64,000 bases of DNA, from contig CP060761.1 of NCBI GenBank assembly GCA_023205875.1, positions 496,001-560,000 on the forward strand, given 5' to 3'. This document shows positions 54,717 to 64,000 of the stretch, in pieces (the stretch's first letter is position 1; the number at the start of each line of letters is the position of its first letter). The position numbers and the translations under genes were made by a program. Source of the stretch: Chloropicon primus (taxonomy: Eukaryota). Under the pieces are notes generated by a model. The model worked only from the letters and a program-made list of their open reading frames with translations, was not told where the DNA came from and searched no databases.

Positions 54717-54998
54717 ATGTGGTGGTTTACCAAGTACGTTTACGCCGACGAGGAGGAGCCGGAGGAGGACGTTGAGGACGAGGAGGAGGAAGAGGAAGAG
54801 GATCCAGAAGACGTGCGTCCACAGCTGGAAGAATTCTGCAAGCCAAAATGCGTGAAAGCTTGGGTAGCGTACCAAGAGTGCACAGACAGAGTTTCCAAGG
54901 ACACGACGGGCGAGGCTCACTGCACGGGGCAGTATTTCGACTACTGGGCTTGTATTGACCACTGCGTGGGCCCCAAGCTCTTCAAGGAACTGAAGTAG
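54717..54998 (+). CDS. QCR6: Cytochrome bc1 complex hinge subunit
   Basis: Acidic N-terminus, then DPEDVRPQLEEFCKPKC...YQECTDRV...AHCTGQYFDYWACIDHCVGPKLFKELK. Confidence 0.92.
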   Translation: MWWFTKYVYADEEEPEEDVEDEEEEEEEDPEDVRPQLEEFCKPKCVKAWVAYQECTDRVSKDTTGEAHCTGQYFDYWACIDHCVGPKLFKELK

Positions 54999-55572
54999 AA
55001 TTGAACCCAATTAGGATTAGTTATAAATTAAGACATTCCTCTCGAAAGGTGAATCGATTGGTTATCTCTTGGAACCAAACCAAACCAAACTCCTCTTTCT
55101 GTCGAGAAAGCTACATCGGCGTCATCGGTTCTCCAACCAACCCTTCGCCCAGGCCCCCAAGTCAGCGAGGCATCCATCGAAAAGAAAACTCATCAGAAGA
55201 CCTCTGCGTCAGCAACTAGCCCTTCCACTGCCCCTCTCCCTCTCTCACTCTCTTGTGCAGGACGGGACTCCTGCCGTACCAGGAGGATGGAGGGATGATG
55301 GAGAAGGGGACGAGGGCAAGGGCACAAGAGGGAAGGGGCCAGAGAAACTACGATACAAGGAAGGACTCTTGCTTGCTCTCCACTGCTTTCGATGGGTCAA
55401 GAAATGAATTCAATTCCGCTTGCTTGCTTTGGAACGCACGCGGCGGTCTCGTGCCGGCGTCGATGATGATGATGAGAAAGGACTTGTCAAGGCTATGACA
55501 CTGAAGAGGGATGACATGTGTAACTACATTTTGCTTATACAGCTTGCTTGCTCTACCCTAAACTCTCCCTCT

Positions 55573-56790
55573 TCACTCTTCCTGCTTGACCTTGACGATG
55601 GAAGGGGCCGTCTTGCTTCGTGTTCTTGTTCTCTTCGACGACGGAGGACGAGGAACAGCTTTGCAGAGCCCGACCTCTTCGAGGTACTCTCTCTTCACAA
55701 TACATTGTTCCTTGTCGCTCAGCTTAAGAGATGCGTCCGCAAAGATGATCCTCAACGCCTCATTGTAGTCCGCGATGTCCTTCTTCTTCTCCGGGGACTT
55801 GCTGTCATAACACTGGGCCTCCTGCACGGCTTCGGCGTACTCCTCCTCCGTCATCAGGCCGGACTCGAGAGCCTCTCTCAAATCCAAAGCATAGGGAGAA
55901 GGAGAACTCATCGTCTTCGTGTTGTTGTTGGTGGTGGTGGCGTTGGAATTCTGCTCATTGAGGTTGTCGGCGGTTGATCGATTCAAGTATTCCTTGGCAA
56001 TTGCATATATTCCACGTGCAGTGCGAACAAAGCGGGGGCTGTGTCTACAAGTAGACCTGACACTGGACCACATTCTCTTCAGATCAGTAGAAACAGAACC
56101 ATTCAGACGCCTGAACACATATAGCTTCTTGGCCTGGATCCGTGCACGGATCTCTTTGACGCGCAAGCTCCTTCCCGCATCTTGAAGAACGCGATAGACG
56201 GCATCCCGAAGCGGTGAGGTGCTGACAGCATCTTGAGTATTGGACCCATTCAAGTATTCCTTGGCAATGGCATAAGTTCCAGGTTCAGTGCGGACAAAGC
56301 AGGGGCTCTTGCAACAAGCAGACCTGACACAGTCCCGCATTTTCTCATCATCAGTAGAAACAGAGCCATCTCTCCGCCTGAACACATACAACTTCTTGGC
56401 CTGGATCCGTGCATGGATCTCTTTGGCGCGCAAGCTCTCTCCCGCAGCATCTTGAAGAACGAGATAGACGGCAGCCACAAGAGTTCTCTTTCCATTGCGA
56501 GTCCCGAAAGGACGTGCGTTGCCTCCCATCATAGTCACCTGCGCTGTCTCAGGTTGGCAGGACGAATCCGCACCACCACTATCCTCCTCACTGTCGCTCT
56601 CCTCTTCGATGATCGTCGTAGAGCCTGTCGAGAAGCTCGCCAAATACTCTCCGTCCACGTCCATGTCCATGGCACCTGGGGACAACCCTCCCTTGTCGTC
56701 ATCACCACCGGCGACGGCCCTCGCCGCCGCGATCATCGCCGCCGTCGACCTGGTGCGTGTCCAGCTTCTCTGTCTCGTGGGACACCTCAT
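55573..56790 (-). CDS. Protein with two HARE-HTH-like winged-helix repeats
   Basis: Two copies of AVY.VLQDA..SLR.KEI.ARIQAKKLYVF...VRS.C..SP.FVRT..G.YAI; start codon uncertain. Confidence 0.65.
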   Translation of the reverse strand: MRCPTRQRSWTRTRSTAAMIAAARAVAGGDDDKGGLSPGAMDMDVDGEYLASFSTGSTTIIEEESDSEEDSGGADSSCQPETAQVTMMGGNARPFGTRNGKRTLVAAVYLVLQDAAGESLRAKEIHARIQAKKLYVFRRRDGSVSTDDEKMRDCVRSACCKSPCFVRTEPGTYAIAKEYLNGSNTQDAVSTSPLRDAVYRVLQDAGRSLRVKEIRARIQAKKLYVFRRLNGSVSTDLKRMWSSVRSTCRHSPRFVRTARGIYAIAKEYLNRSTADNLNEQNSNATTTNNNTKTMSSPSPYALDLREALESGLMTEEEYAEAVQEAQCYDSKSPEKKKDIADYNEALRIIFADASLKLSDKEQCIVKREYLEEVGLCKAVPRPPSSKRTRTRSKTAPSIVKVKQEE

Positions 56791-57165
56791 GATGAAACAA
56801 AGCACCGCACGACACTGCGCAGCTCGACGAAGACTTGCCTTCCTCTTCCTCGTCACACAACCGAGCCAACAACTCACGAAACAAACTTCGAGGCAACCTC
56901 CTCCTGTAACGCCTGTCGTAGCAAAGAGAGCGAGCGAGCGGAGGACCACTCCGTGCGTCAAAACCTTCAGCCGAGGTATCAATCGAAAGCCCTTGAGACG
57001 CGCTTCCGTTCTTTCAACACCTCCTCCCCTTCTTCGTCCCCGTCCGTGCACAAAGTCCTCGACAACAACACCTTCCCTCTCCCTTGTTGCGCGACGTGCC
57101 CGGGCGTTAATCTCACTCCCGTTTTCAACTCCTTATCTTCTTTGGGGTTTTTCAGCCCCAGGTTC

Positions 57166-57791
57166 ATGGAGGAGACGAGTCCTGCAACAAGGATGGCGAT
57201 GGCGATGGCGATGGCGACGAGATGCAGCCGCTCGGTGTGTACGGCGATGGCATCGAGCACGGCATCGATGTCATGCACCTCTCGTGACATCGTCGCCATC
57301 GGAGACGCTTACGTGAAGGAAGCTTCGTTCACTCCAGAGGACGTGAAACAGTTTGTCCATCTGACAGGGGATGAGAACCCCATCCATCAAAAGGCAGTGG
57401 CACTTGTTCCTGGATGGCTAACCGCGTCAATCTTTCCATCGATTATCGGGAGTGAGTTCCCTGGTGAGTCCAAACGCATGTGACGAGGTCAGCGCGGCCA
57501 TCGTGGAACCTGACAGCTTCATCTTCATCAACTTTCAACAACTTCCAACAACTTCCAACAACGGATTGCTTTTGACTTGTTGATGAAGGTTCTCTTTACC
57601 TGGAGCAGAGCGTGCGATTCAAGAAGAAGATTTACGTGGGTGAGGGGCTGACGGCAAAGCTGGTGGTGAAGCGCGTTCAGGGGAGGCAGGCCGTCTTTGA
57701 CACGCAGTGCTTCCACGACGACACCGGCGAGGTCGTGGTCGAAGGGGAGGCAAGGGCTCTGCTCAAGCAAGGGAAAGGAGGGAAGCAGTGA
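57166..57791 (+). CDS. MaoC/hot-dog hydroxyacyl-thioester dehydratase (1 intron, 57464-57588)
   Basis: FTPEDVKQFVHLTGDENPIH...VPGWLTASIF...FPG|SLYLEQSVRF. Confidence 0.85.
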
Positions 57792-58394
57792 GGATGGGCC
57801 ATTCCTTTGTCTTCTGGATCATTGGAACGGGGTCTGCTGTAATTTAAATGAATTGGGTAGAGAGGTCTGTCCACCGGCCTTGACAACTCGTCACGCTCGC
57901 TCGCGGCCTTCCTTCCTTCCTTCCCAAGGACGGCGGTCGATGAGACGGCAGCAGCTCGCGAGCAGCGGTCCCAGTAGCAGGGAGGATGGGGCTGGCCCTC
58001 AAAAGATTCCTCATCAGCGGAATGACCTGTCTTTCTTTGTTGGAGCTACTTTTGCATCCGCTCTGGCATCCTTGCTCTCTTGGTTGGTACGTCCTCTGTC
58101 CTATCACATCACCAGAGACACAGAAGAGGAGAGAAAGAGGAAAGAGAGGCCTCGTTGAACCCCGCTGCAATGCGTCTAGTCACTCGGCTTCTTCCACGCA
58201 TCCATCCACTGCCATGGTCCTGGTCTCTCTCTCTCTATCTCTCACTCATTCCCTCCCTTATCATCGCCATCGCACCGTATCAGAGACAAAGAGAGACAAA
58301 GAGAGACAGAGACAGAGAGGGGCATTGGAAGAGTAAACTGCAATGCGCCTAGTCACTTGGCTTCTTCCACGCATTCATCCACTGCCATGGTCCT

Positions 58395-58441
<47 letters not shown>

Positions 58442-58490
58442 ATCTCCACCCTTTGGATAAGGAGCCAGGAGAACAGGGAAAGGAGAGGGT

Positions 58491-58526
<36 letters not shown>

Positions 58527-58676
58527 GAAGGAGGAGGAGGAGGAGGAGGATACGACAGGAATCATCGTCATCGTCACATTTTGCTCTTTCGATCGAGCCC
58601 TGGCTCGAAACGAGGAACCCACCGACGAGCATTTTATCAACACAGAGAGGGGAAGAGGAAGAGGAAGAGGAAGAGG

Positions 58677-59687
58677 ATGGGGCCTCCTCATCCTCTTCTT
58701 GGATGGAGGAAGGGGGTGAGGTCAGGAGCATCGTGTCGGTGGCCTTCCGTCCCTCGATCGATGGCGAGGACGAGGACGATGTCGGACGGGGAGAGGTGCA
58801 GGTGTTGGCGACGTCGTGCGGTCGAGACGACGGATGACTCCTCGTGGAGGATGACCATCACGGAGGAGGCTCTTCAAGGGAAGGGGGAAGGCAAGTCGAA
58901 AGGGAGGGAGAAGATCTTCACGAACATATCACCGGTGTACGATGTGCTGAACGATGCTTTGAGTTTGGGATTGCATCGGTTGTGGAAGAGGAGGGTCGTG
59001 AGTTTGACGGAGTGCAAGCGAGGGGACAAGGCACTGGATGTGTGCTGTGGGAGCGGAGACCTAGCGTTCCTTCTGGCGAAAAAGGTTGGGGCATCAGGGG
59101 AAGTGAGTGCCTTGGACTTCAGTGCGAACATGCTGAGCTATGCCTTGCAGAGGTCGGTGGCCAAGTCCCTCTTCCAGTACACCTACTTCGATGAGAAGCC
59201 GCGGGACGACGGCGGTGGTGATGAGGGCGGATCGGGGACGATACGTTGGATACACGGGGACGCCCTGGACCTCCCGTTCGAGGACTGCAGCTTCGATTGC
59301 GTTACCATAGGCTACGGGTTGAGGAATGTCGAGGACAGGGCAAAGTGCCTTCGGGAGGTGCACAGGGTTCTCAAGCCGAACAAGCGAGCGGTCATCTTGG
59401 ACTTCAACTCCCCGAAGGAGGAGGGCCCGCCGGCTGCGCGAGGAAACACAAGGAGGAGAGCAGGGATCATCAATCGCTTTCGGAACTTTTGCCTCGATGC
59501 TTTCGTGGTACCGGCCGCCACCCTCTGCGGCTTGAGGGAGGAGTACGCTTACTTGAAGCCGTCCATCGCGGACTATCCGGACGGATCAACCCTGGTGACC
59601 TTGTCCATGGAGGACGCCCGCTTCACCCAAGCAGAGTTCCAGGAGATTGCGGGTGGCCTCATGGGCGCCCTCGTTTTGAGGAAGTGA
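58677..59687 (+). CDS. menG: UbiE/MenG demethylphylloquinol methyltransferase
   Basis: IFTNISPVYDVLND.LSLGLHRLWKR, ALDVCCGSGDLA, GDALDLPF, TIGYGLRNV, EYAYL..SI; start codon uncertain. Confidence 0.88.
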   Translation: MGPPHPLLGWRKGVRSGASCRWPSVPRSMARTRTMSDGERCRCWRRRAVETTDDSSWRMTITEEALQGKGEGKSKGREKIFTNISPVYDVLNDALSLGLHRLWKRRVVSLTECKRGDKALDVCCGSGDLAFLLAKKVGASGEVSALDFSANMLSYALQRSVAKSLFQYTYFDEKPRDDGGGDEGGSGTIRWIHGDALDLPFEDCSFDCVTIGYGLRNVEDRAKCLREVHRVLKPNKRAVILDFNSPKEEGPPAARGNTRRRAGIINRFRNFCLDAFVVPAATLCGLREEYAYLKPSIADYPDGSTLVTLSMEDARFTQAEFQEIAGGLMGALVLRK

Positions 59688-59759
59688 GTTTTGCTCGTAA
59701 TGAACCATTTCTAACGTCTTATAAACCCACGTCATCGATTGTGTTAGTTTCCTTTACTC

Positions 59760-61892
59760 TTAAGTGATGTCGATGGAGACGACGTCCGCGCCCAACTCGT
59801 TGGTCTGCATGTGCAGGGGATTGCTGGTCAAGGTCACCTTCGTGCTGTTCTCGAGGAGCGGGCTCTTCGTCGAGTCGCCCCTCATCCACTGCTTGGTCGG
59901 CCCGGCGGGAGAGCCGATCTTGTCGTCCACAAATACTGATTTCATTCGGTTGGACTTCATCGGAGTGGACACGTTGCTCTTCGCGTCCCCGTTGGCAGAG
60001 GCGAGGGGGTTCGAGGTCACGTTCAGCTTCAGCGTGGAAGGCAGGTTCTGACCCGCATTGAAGGCTGAGAGTTCAAGCTCCACGTTCTTCCCCTTCGCCA
60101 GCTCTTGAGACTCGATGAAGTAGAAGGTCAGCAACTTCACACCCGTCGCGACCGCCAACATGATGGCAAGCTTGATGCTCAGGCTAGACAAGTCGTCCTT
60201 TTCCGAGTCTGGCAGCTTCTTCAGGGGGCTGAGCAGGGCCAGCAGGTTGCTCGTCCAAAGGCAGACCAAGGATATCGCGACGCTCCTTCTGATGATCCAA
60301 CTGCCCTGCTTCTCGAGGTGAGGCTTCATCGGAAAGTCAAGCGTGCTCATGAGGGGGGACAAGATCAGGGCTCTCGTCACGACCTCGGACCCGACGTGGT
60401 TGATGCCAAAGCCGATGCTAAGGAGTATGAACATGAAACCAAACATGCATGCGAACAAGAGGAAGACGTACTCCTGGTAGGTGTAGGCAAAGACGATGTA
60501 GGAAACGATGTGGAAGAACCCGTCGCCCATGAAGTACATCGCCGTGATGAAACTCCCTGTGTAGCCCTTGAGAGAATACTTCCACGAGGAGTCTTCGTTC
60601 TGGACGGACATCGAGGACGCCGTCTCGAACGAGCTCAGGCACGAGATCAGGATGCTCACAAGCAGGGCATAAACGTCAAAGTCGGCGGAGAACCATTCCC
60701 AGGTGTTCCAGTGCACGAGCAGCGAGTATCCTTGCAAGATGGCTTGGGGCACGCTCTGGAAGGCCATCTCCAAGTTCTTGCACGCCACGTAAGTCGGTGT
60801 CTGGATGCCCGTGAAGATGCTCTCGTAAGCAGCAAAACCGGGCTCCAGAATGAAGAAACTTCTGATGGCGCTCTGCTCAAAGCCCTTCATGAACTGGTAC
60901 GCCGCGTGAAGCAACGCCGGCAGGAGCAAACTGCACAAGCAGAGGGCGAACCAGTACGTGTCCTTCCTCTTGAAGTAGATGTGCGCCACGAGGACGTCGG
61001 ACGCGAAGTTGATGTAGTACAACGACGCGCCGAGGATGATGGAAGCGACCTGGCCCATCGTCTTCACATCCGCTCCGCCTGCCACCACCCTCGAGTTGCT
61101 GTAAGACAGAAGCAAGATCTTCACCTCCTCCGCGGTTGGATTTCCCATGAGCCCAGCTTCCACGGCGTAGTCAAATGCCCTCTTCCCCGACTCGTCCTTG
61201 CAGTTAATGTCGGCTCCTTTGGACAGCAAGACCTCGGCGGCCTCCTTGTACCCTTTCCTGACCGCCACCATCAGCGGCGTTCGGCCGTGCTCCACATCGA
61301 GGTGGGGATACAGCTCATTCATGTCAACACCGATATCCACGAGGCACCTGCAGATCTCCTGATTGCCGTTGGCGACTCCCCACTGCAAGGCAGACCTGTG
61401 CCTGTCTCCGCTGCCTGGGACTCTCCTCGTGGACGCTCCAAACTTGATGAGCTCTTTCGTGATGTTCAGCTTGTCGTCCCTAGCGGCCATCTGAATCGCG
61501 GACAGGCCGTTGTCGAAGCAGAGGTCCGGGTCCGCCCCCGCTTGAAGCAAGCACACCGCTTGGTCAATGTAACCTGACTCCACCGCGTAGTGCAACGGGG
61601 TCCTCCCCCTGTTGTCGCAGGCATCGACTTTGCACCCCTTCTCGATCAAGACGTCAGAGACGCTTCTCTCCGACGTGCTCATCGCCGCCCAGTGAAGCGC
61701 CGTCCTCTTCCTCTCGTCCCGAAGCTCGGCAAGGGACTCAGCCCCTTCGTCGCTCTCGTACTCGTTCAGCGCCTTGACCACGTCCGCGGACTTTCCCTCA
61801 CTGATGATCTGGAACACCTCGTGCCTCTGCGTAGACGTTGGAGGGTTGGCCAATCTAAAAGCATTCTGAATGTTCTTCCAACGGTTTGACAT
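59760..61892 (-). CDS. Ankyrin-repeat + XK-related multi-pass membrane protein
   Basis: N-terminal TALHWAA, GRTPLHYAV and GRTPLMVAV; C-terminal SDVLVA..YF...WF and LEMAFQSVPQAILQGY with multiple TM segments. Confidence 0.8.
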   Translation of the reverse strand: MSNRWKNIQNAFRLANPPTSTQRHEVFQIISEGKSADVVKALNEYESDEGAESLAELRDERKRTALHWAAMSTSERSVSDVLIEKGCKVDACDNRGRTPLHYAVESGYIDQAVCLLQAGADPDLCFDNGLSAIQMAARDDKLNITKELIKFGASTRRVPGSGDRHRSALQWGVANGNQEICRCLVDIGVDMNELYPHLDVEHGRTPLMVAVRKGYKEAAEVLLSKGADINCKDESGKRAFDYAVEAGLMGNPTAEEVKILLLSYSNSRVVAGGADVKTMGQVASIILGASLYYINFASDVLVAHIYFKRKDTYWFALCLCSLLLPALLHAAYQFMKGFEQSAIRSFFILEPGFAAYESIFTGIQTPTYVACKNLEMAFQSVPQAILQGYSLLVHWNTWEWFSADFDVYALLVSILISCLSSFETASSMSVQNEDSSWKYSLKGYTGSFITAMYFMGDGFFHIVSYIVFAYTYQEYVFLLFACMFGFMFILLSIGFGINHVGSEVVTRALILSPLMSTLDFPMKPHLEKQGSWIIRRSVAISLVCLWTSNLLALLSPLKKLPDSEKDDLSSLSIKLAIMLAVATGVKLLTFYFIESQELAKGKNVELELSAFNAGQNLPSTLKLNVTSNPLASANGDAKSNVSTPMKSNRMKSVFVDDKIGSPAGPTKQWMRGDSTKSPLLENSTKVTLTSNPLHMQTNELGADVVSIDIT

Positions 61893-63176
61893 GATCTCTG
61901 TCTCTCTGTCTCTCTGCTCGCTCACCGGTTGTCCACCCTCGTCACTGCTGTGAGTGAAGCCGCCCTCGAGTGAGTTGCTGTCAAAAATGACAGAGGGGGC
62001 CAGGAAGCGAGAGAAGCAAGCCTCGATTCGATTCTAAAGCCCAACTGGACTATTCCTTTCGTCCTTTCCTCTCTGCTGCAGGAACTCCCTCAATACGACG
62101 GCAAGGACCACCAGACCATGTCAGAGGAAGCAACCAAGTGACAGCTTGTTATGTATCGAGTTCAGTTGGCTTTCCTTCACTCCCAAGGTTGTACTTGCTG
62201 CTCTCTGAACAATTCGAAAGCTCAAGCTTGTGGTCGAGGTGATCCCTCGTCGTCGCCCAGTGAAATGCCTCGCAGTGCTCCTCCCGGTCTTGTCACCCTG
62301 AAGGGCTTGGTATATATATACCCTGAAGCGTAGGCGACCTTTGCCACACTGTGGCTTTTGTCCAAGAAAGCGTCCAAGGCGTAACCTTTGTACACAATTT
62401 CAAAAGGAACACACGCACAGAGAGAGAGAGAGAGAGAGTCTCTCACTGCCCAGTCAGAGAAGCCGCAGTGTTTCCCCTGGCCTTCTTGTGCTTCCCTCCT
62501 GACAAACCACCCTCTGGCTTGTTCTATACCCTCAAGGTGAAAGCCTCTGCGACTTTTGTCCAAGAAAGCGTCCAAGGCGTAACCTTTGTACACAATTTCA
62601 GAACAAACAGGGTCTCTCCAACCACTCAGACAAGCGGCAATGTCCCTCCTGGCGTCTTGCTGCCCTCCTGCGCACAAACTCTGCTGCCTTGTTACCCTCC
62701 CCTCCTCTCTGCCTCCTGGGGCCTCTCCACTTTCACTTTCGTCTCCCGGAAGGAGTCAAAATTTGGCAATACGGCGTAAGAAATCAAACCTGGGGAGGAC
62801 GAGGAGATTGGGCGAAACGCTTGGGTTTCGGAAGACAACAGAGACGATAAGGGTTCTTATTGAGGATAGAGGAGGCTGCAGCACGATAGAACGTCTCGCG
62901 ATCTTTCGATAGCGTGGTCGCACGAAAGAATCGGCAGTCTGAGGAGGATTTGGTGAGACTTTCCGTGTGACGACAAACAACTTGAGGTTGGGATCCAAAC
63001 CATGGATAGATTGTGCTGGGTAACTCGTGGAGAGGAGATTTTGGTAGGGGAGGAAGGTTGCGGCACGATAAAACGTCTCGCGATCTTTCAATATCGTGGT
63101 CGCACGAAAGAATCGGCGCTCTGAGTGAGATGGGCACACGAAACGTTTCTTTTGGTGTGGCTTTGGACAGCACGCC

Positions 63177-64000
63177 ATGATCGCGGGCGGCCTGCTTCGT
63201 CGGGCGCACCCCTTGGTGGGGCTGGTGAGGGGATCCAAGACTCGTGCGTCCTCGCAGTACACCACCAGATCGTCGCGGTCGCCGTCGGCCATACCGCTGG
63301 TGTACCACGAGCTTTACTCGGGCACGGAGCTGCCCGCGGGTCACAGGTTTCCCATGCCCGTGTTTCGCAGGATATACCAAAAGCTGATGGAGTTGAACTC
63401 GATTGGGAGGGTTGACCTTCAGGTGCACGAGCCGGAGCTCTGCGAGGCGTCCCTGAGAGAAAAGCTAAGCCTAGTGCACACGGAGGAGTACATCCACAAG
63501 TTCATGCTAGGCGATTTGGATGCGAAAGAGATAAGGCGGATGGGGTTGCCTTGGTCGCCCTCTCTCGTGAAGAGAACTCTGAGCGAGCTCGCGGGGACGA
63601 TGATGGCAGCAGATCTGGCCCTATCCTCGCCATCGGGCGTGGCGCTCTCGTGTGCAGGCGGAACGCACCACGCTCACAAGGACTTTGGCTCTGGGTTTTG
63701 CATATTTAATGACATGGGCGTGACGGCCCTCTCCCTGCTGCAGGAAGAAAAAGTGGCGCGGGTGTTGATAGTCGACCTTGACGTCCACCAGGGCGATGGC
63801 ACGGCCGCGATCTTCGGTGGCAGCGGCGACGGGGAAGCGGAGAAGTACGAACGGAGCGTCTTCACCTTCTCGATGCACTGCCAAGACAACTTTCCTGCGA
63901 GAAAGCAGGAGTCGAGCATGGACATCGGTTTGCCCAGGGGGGTGGGGGACGCCGTGTATCTTCCCACCCTCGCCTCAAACTTGACGGATGTCGTGTCAAG
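63177..64000 (+). CDS. Histone deacetylase family protein (class IV/AcuC-like), partial
   Basis: LVYHELY...GHRFPM, GGTHHAHKDFGSGFCIFND, VLIVDLDVHQGDGTA, FSMHC..NFP; organelle-type N-terminus; runs off the window. Confidence 0.92.
   Translation, partial: MIAGGLLRRAHPLVGLVRGSKTRASSQYTTRSSRSPSAIPLVYHELYSGTELPAGHRFPMPVFRRIYQKLMELNSIGRVDLQVHEPELCEASLREKLSLVHTEEYIHKFMLGDLDAKEIRRMGLPWSPSLVKRTLSELAGTMMAADLALSSPSGVALSCAGGTHHAHKDFGSGFCIFNDMGVTALSLLQEEKVARVLIVDLDVHQGDGTAAIFGGSGDGEAEKYERSVFTFSMHCQDNFPARKQESSMDIGLPRGVGDAVYLPTLASNLTDVVS

Overview
Compact, GC-rich eukaryotic nuclear DNA with few introns and (GA)n/(CT)n-rich spacers. It holds about 33 protein genes, including nucleus-encoded plastid and mitochondrial proteins (PsbW, plastid ACP, MenG, phytol/farnesol kinase, TIM44, PAM16, QCR6), which points to a picoplanktonic green alga (Chloropicon-like; my inference). 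The main finding is a PIF1-family helicase (365-4306). It has an N-terminal RNase H1 hybrid-binding domain and is interrupted in helicase motif V (TIHK|CQG) by a 432-aa intein (2315-3610) with intact splicing residues and two intact LAGLIDADG motifs. Other observations: a canonical intronic box C/D snoRNA in the exportin-7 gene; an oriented upstream motif (TCTTTCGA...TGGTGAGG) in front of most genes; many intergenic duplications with a period of about 173-187 bp (nucleosome-sized); and several unusual domain architectures (FREE1-like+PH+WW, ankyrin+XK, MULE-like DNA-binding protein, tandem HARE-HTH, DM14-like). All family assignments come from motif recognition by eye; no searches were run.
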